In this document: positions 61,165-64,000 of the stretch, one piece after another
Layout of the letters: each line of letters starts with the position of its first letter
Position numbering within the stretch: the first letter of the stretch is position 1
DNA from: an uncultured delta proteobacterium
Lineage (GTDB): Bacteria > Desulfobacterota > Syntrophia > Syntrophales > UBA5619
Direction: 5' to 3'
NCBI GenBank assembly: GCA_963817385.1
Contig: CAWFOM010000015.1
Location: 13,685-77,684, forward strand
DNA length: 64,000 bases
Program-made: the position numbers and the translations under genes
The notes under the pieces: model-generated
Database searches by the model: none
Seen by the model: only the letters and a program-made list of their open reading frames with translations
What the model was told of the DNA's origin: nothing

Positions 61165-61611
61165 ATGAAGAAGGTGCTTATTGCGTATGACAGCAGGACC
61201 GGAAAAACCCAGCAAATGGCGGAATATATCGCGGAAGGGATACGAATTTCCGGAAACGAGGCCGTGGTCAGAAGGATAACCGAAATCAAGAATGAAAAGG
61301 AACTTCAAGGGTATGACGGGTACATTTTCGGTTCCCCCACCTATCACCTGGATATGATCGGCACCATGAAGACCTTCCTGTTTACGGCCCAGAAAGCCGA
61401 TCTGGCGGGCAAGATCGGCGCTGCCTTCGGTTCCTATGTCCATGACGGCAGTGCCCCCAAGCTGATCTTCGATACCATGGAGTTTGTCTTCAAGATGGAC
61501 GTGACCGATCTCGGGCCGTTGAATCTCGTGGAATCGAAGCTGGATGTCGCGGAGGGGATGCGGACCTGTCAGGCCTACGGAAAGGCCGTCGGTGAAAAAC
61601 TAAGCGGATGA
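61165..61611 (+). CDS. Flavodoxin-domain protein
   Basis: YDSRTGKTQQMA, FGSPTY, AFGSY; GGAGG RBS. Confidence 0.9.
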   Translation: MKKVLIAYDSRTGKTQQMAEYIAEGIRISGNEAVVRRITEIKNEKELQGYDGYIFGSPTYHLDMIGTMKTFLFTAQKADLAGKIGAAFGSYVHDGSAPKLIFDTMEFVFKMDVTDLGPLNLVESKLDVAEGMRTCQAYGKAVGEKLSG

Positions 61612-61691
61612 TCGCACTCGTACTCCCCATGCGCCGGGGCAATCTAGTAGTTTCTACGGTTTGAATGTCTCCGACGTCAGGGGATTCTCCC

Positions 61692-63980
61692 TTAATCCCC
61701 GTAGCTTATGCTTTCAACCTTTTGCGAGGCGCAAACCTTGAGGACATTGCTTAAATCCGTATATCCCTGCATGACTTTGTTCACGCCGTCCATGAGGAGG
61801 GTCCTCATACCTTCCTGAATCGCCAGCGCCTTTATCTCATCGACCGGGGTTCCTTTTTTTATCGCCCGTTTAATGTTTTCCGATCCGATGATCAATTCAT
61901 GGAGGGCAATGCGCCCTCGATACCCCGTCCCGTTACATTGTTCACATCCCACTTTTTTCATCAGTGTCGTCTCGGGCGAATAGGGCGCCATCCGGTGCTC
62001 CGTAAACAAGCGGGCGTCATAGTAATGCGCCAGTTCGGCGAACTCCTCTTCACTGGGATGATAGGGGGTCTTGCATTCGTTGCATAATCTCCGGGCCAGA
62101 CGCTGCGCCAGGATTCCCAGCAGGGCATCGGCAAAGTTATAGGGATCCATTTCCATTTCAATGAGCCGAACCAGGGTTTCCGGGGCGCTGTTCGTGTGGA
62201 GCGTGCTCAGAACCAGATGCCCGGTCAATGCGGCTTCAATCGCCGTTTTTGCCGTTTCCTGATCCCGCATCTCCCCGATCATGATCACATCGGGATCCGC
62301 GCGCAGGAAGGACCGGAGCACCTCGGCGAAGGTGACCCCGATCTTGCTTTGGACATGCACTTGCCGGAGACCGGCTTGGGTAATCTCCACGGGGTCTTCA
62401 GCGGTCCATATCTTTCGGTCCGGGGTATTGAGATGCCCCAGTGCGGAGTGAAGGGTGGTCGTTTTTCCCGACCCGGTCGGCCCCACGCATAAGATGAATC
62501 CGTACGGCTGAGACAGTATTGCCCGAAAGGCCTTCTCGTTGGGTGGAGAAAAGTCCATTTTGCCCAGGGGCAGCGGCTTGGAGGCGGCTAAAATTCGTAA
62601 GACGGCATCTTCATTATTCCCGGTGGTCGGGGTAACTTCCACCCGATATTCGATCCGTTTATTTTGATACATGAGAAGAATCTTTCCGCTCTGCGGCTTC
62701 CGGCGCTCGGTAATATCGAGAGTCGCCATGATCTTCAGCCGTGAAAGGATCGCCCTTTTATACAGGGTCGGAATTTGGTGGATCACCTGGCAGACGCCGT
62801 CAATCCGGTATCTCACCTGAAAAGGCTGCTCGCGAAGACCGGGTTCGAAATGAATATCGGAAGCGCCCTTGCTGTAGCCGTCAAGCAGGATTTTATTGAC
62901 GAGATTCACGATCTGTGAATCGGTTTCGGTGAGCCGTTCGTCCTGGCTCTCATCTTCTTTTTCCTGATCCAGGGACAACTCGCCGATTAAATCCTCAACG
63001 AAAGATCCCTCTTTCGGATAATATTTTTCTATCGCTTCCGAGATTCGTCTGGATGTCGCAACAACCATTTCAATCCTGCGGCCGGTATAGAAACGCAGGT
63101 CCTCATAGATACCGTAATCGGTTGGTTGCGATGTTGCGATGACGAGACGATCCCCTTTATCCGCGACCGGAAGAACCTGTAACCGGTGAACGATATCCGA
63201 GGATAAGGATTCGAGGGCTTTCATGTTCGGAACGATGGTTGCTACATCAACCATCTGGAGCCGAAATTTCTCCGCCAGCGCGGTGACGAGCTGGTCTTCG
63301 GTGATGAAGCCGTGTTCAACGAGCAGATCGCCGATTTTCTTCTTTCTATCGGCGTCTTGATCCCGCAGGGCCGTGTTGACCTGTTCCTGAGTGACGAGGC
63401 CCGCTGCAATCAGAATCTCTCCGACCCTGACCCGGGGGGGGATCTTTTCCGATTTTTTTGCCTCAGCGAGGGCCTTTTCAATGTCCGCATGGGGCAGGTT
63501 TTCATTGTCGGCGATGATTTTACCAACCAGGCGTTTCTTGAGATTCTTCTGTTCCTCCAGCGTCGTCTGGATGGAATCGGGGGATACGGCGCCTTCCTCC
63601 TGCAGAATCTCCCCGACCTTCTGTGTCTGACAACGGGTTTTTACGCCGTAGGCGGTAAAGAAGACGAGCCGGTGCGGCGTATCTTCTTTGACCATGAGGC
63701 CGAAAAAACCTGTTGAATACGGCTGTTTCTTGGAAACATGGACGTGATACATTTTTCCCGTGAATGTCGTTACTTCCTCCTGCACCGTATCGTTCTGGAA
63801 AATAAACAACCAATTTTGATGCGACTTCATCAAAACGCAGCAGATCTCCGGGAAAAGGAATTTCTGCATTTCCCGGGTAGGTTCGATAAGCACGTCAACC
63901 TCGTTGTCCTCCGGTCGGAAAGGCTTGGCCAGTGTTGCTTCGAATCTCCGCCCATTCATCAGCTCTAAAATACTATCCAT
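61692..63980 (-). CDS. GspE/PulE/PilB-family ATPase with MshEN-type repeats
   Basis: ASDIHFEP, RYRIDG, GPTGSGKTT, TAEDPVE, LRADPDVIMIGEMRD, GHLVLSTLHTN, CNEC/CEQC Zn motif; N-terminal RVGEILIAAGLVTQEQVNTAL. Confidence 0.93.
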   Translation of the reverse strand: MDSILELMNGRRFEATLAKPFRPEDNEVDVLIEPTREMQKFLFPEICCVLMKSHQNWLFIFQNDTVQEEVTTFTGKMYHVHVSKKQPYSTGFFGLMVKEDTPHRLVFFTAYGVKTRCQTQKVGEILQEEGAVSPDSIQTTLEEQKNLKKRLVGKIIADNENLPHADIEKALAEAKKSEKIPPRVRVGEILIAAGLVTQEQVNTALRDQDADRKKKIGDLLVEHGFITEDQLVTALAEKFRLQMVDVATIVPNMKALESLSSDIVHRLQVLPVADKGDRLVIATSQPTDYGIYEDLRFYTGRRIEMVVATSRRISEAIEKYYPKEGSFVEDLIGELSLDQEKEDESQDERLTETDSQIVNLVNKILLDGYSKGASDIHFEPGLREQPFQVRYRIDGVCQVIHQIPTLYKRAILSRLKIMATLDITERRKPQSGKILLMYQNKRIEYRVEVTPTTGNNEDAVLRILAASKPLPLGKMDFSPPNEKAFRAILSQPYGFILCVGPTGSGKTTTLHSALGHLNTPDRKIWTAEDPVEITQAGLRQVHVQSKIGVTFAEVLRSFLRADPDVIMIGEMRDQETAKTAIEAALTGHLVLSTLHTNSAPETLVRLIEMEMDPYNFADALLGILAQRLARRLCNECKTPYHPSEEEFAELAHYYDARLFTEHRMAPYSPETTLMKKVGCEQCNGTGYRGRIALHELIIGSENIKRAIKKGTPVDEIKALAIQEGMRTLLMDGVNKVMQGYTDLSNVLKVCASQKVESISYGD

Positions 63981-64000
63981 TTCCGGAACCCCTTCTCCTT

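Overview
A gene-dense bacterial chromosomal segment with about 52 protein-coding loci. I found no tRNA, rRNA, CRISPR array, intact transposase or prophage genes. Gene content (DUF362, DUF3795, ferredoxin-nitroreductase fusion, MASE3 kinase, PEP-CTERM proteins, CoA-activase) suggests an anaerobic Desulfobacterota/Syntrophales-like organism; this is inference only. Main blocks: (1) an amidohydrolase-TRAP-cupin cluster interrupted by a decayed group II intron reverse-transcriptase fragment and preceded by a candidate 22-aa leader ORF; (2) two PEP-CTERM genes, each with a sigma-54-like promoter, plus a duplicated upstream enhancer-like motif; (3) orphan PilT-like ATPase, nitroreductases, hydrolase and binding protein; (4) AtuA-like + DUF4387 + Opp/Dpp ABC importer + two-component system; (5) J-domain/MshEN-like protein, cupin, ptsP, PPi-type pfk, OYE, patatin, Lys-rich repeat protein, atypical ADP-ribosylglycohydrolase; (6) MITE-like element, MDR dehydrogenase, kinases, MFS transporters, kup plus a kinase-less HAMP sensor; (7) a heterodimeric ABC exporter and a ~4.8-kb CoA-activase gene, both broken by about 14 single-base frameshifts that look like sequencing errors; (8) DAHP synthase, flavodoxin and a MshEN-bearing PilB/GspE ATPase. 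All family assignments come from motif recognition by eye; no database search was run. No single clear-cut novel system stands out. The best leads are the J-domain/MshEN-like protein, the kup-coupled kinase-less sensor, the AtuA/DUF4387/Opp cluster and two enzymes with altered catalytic motifs.
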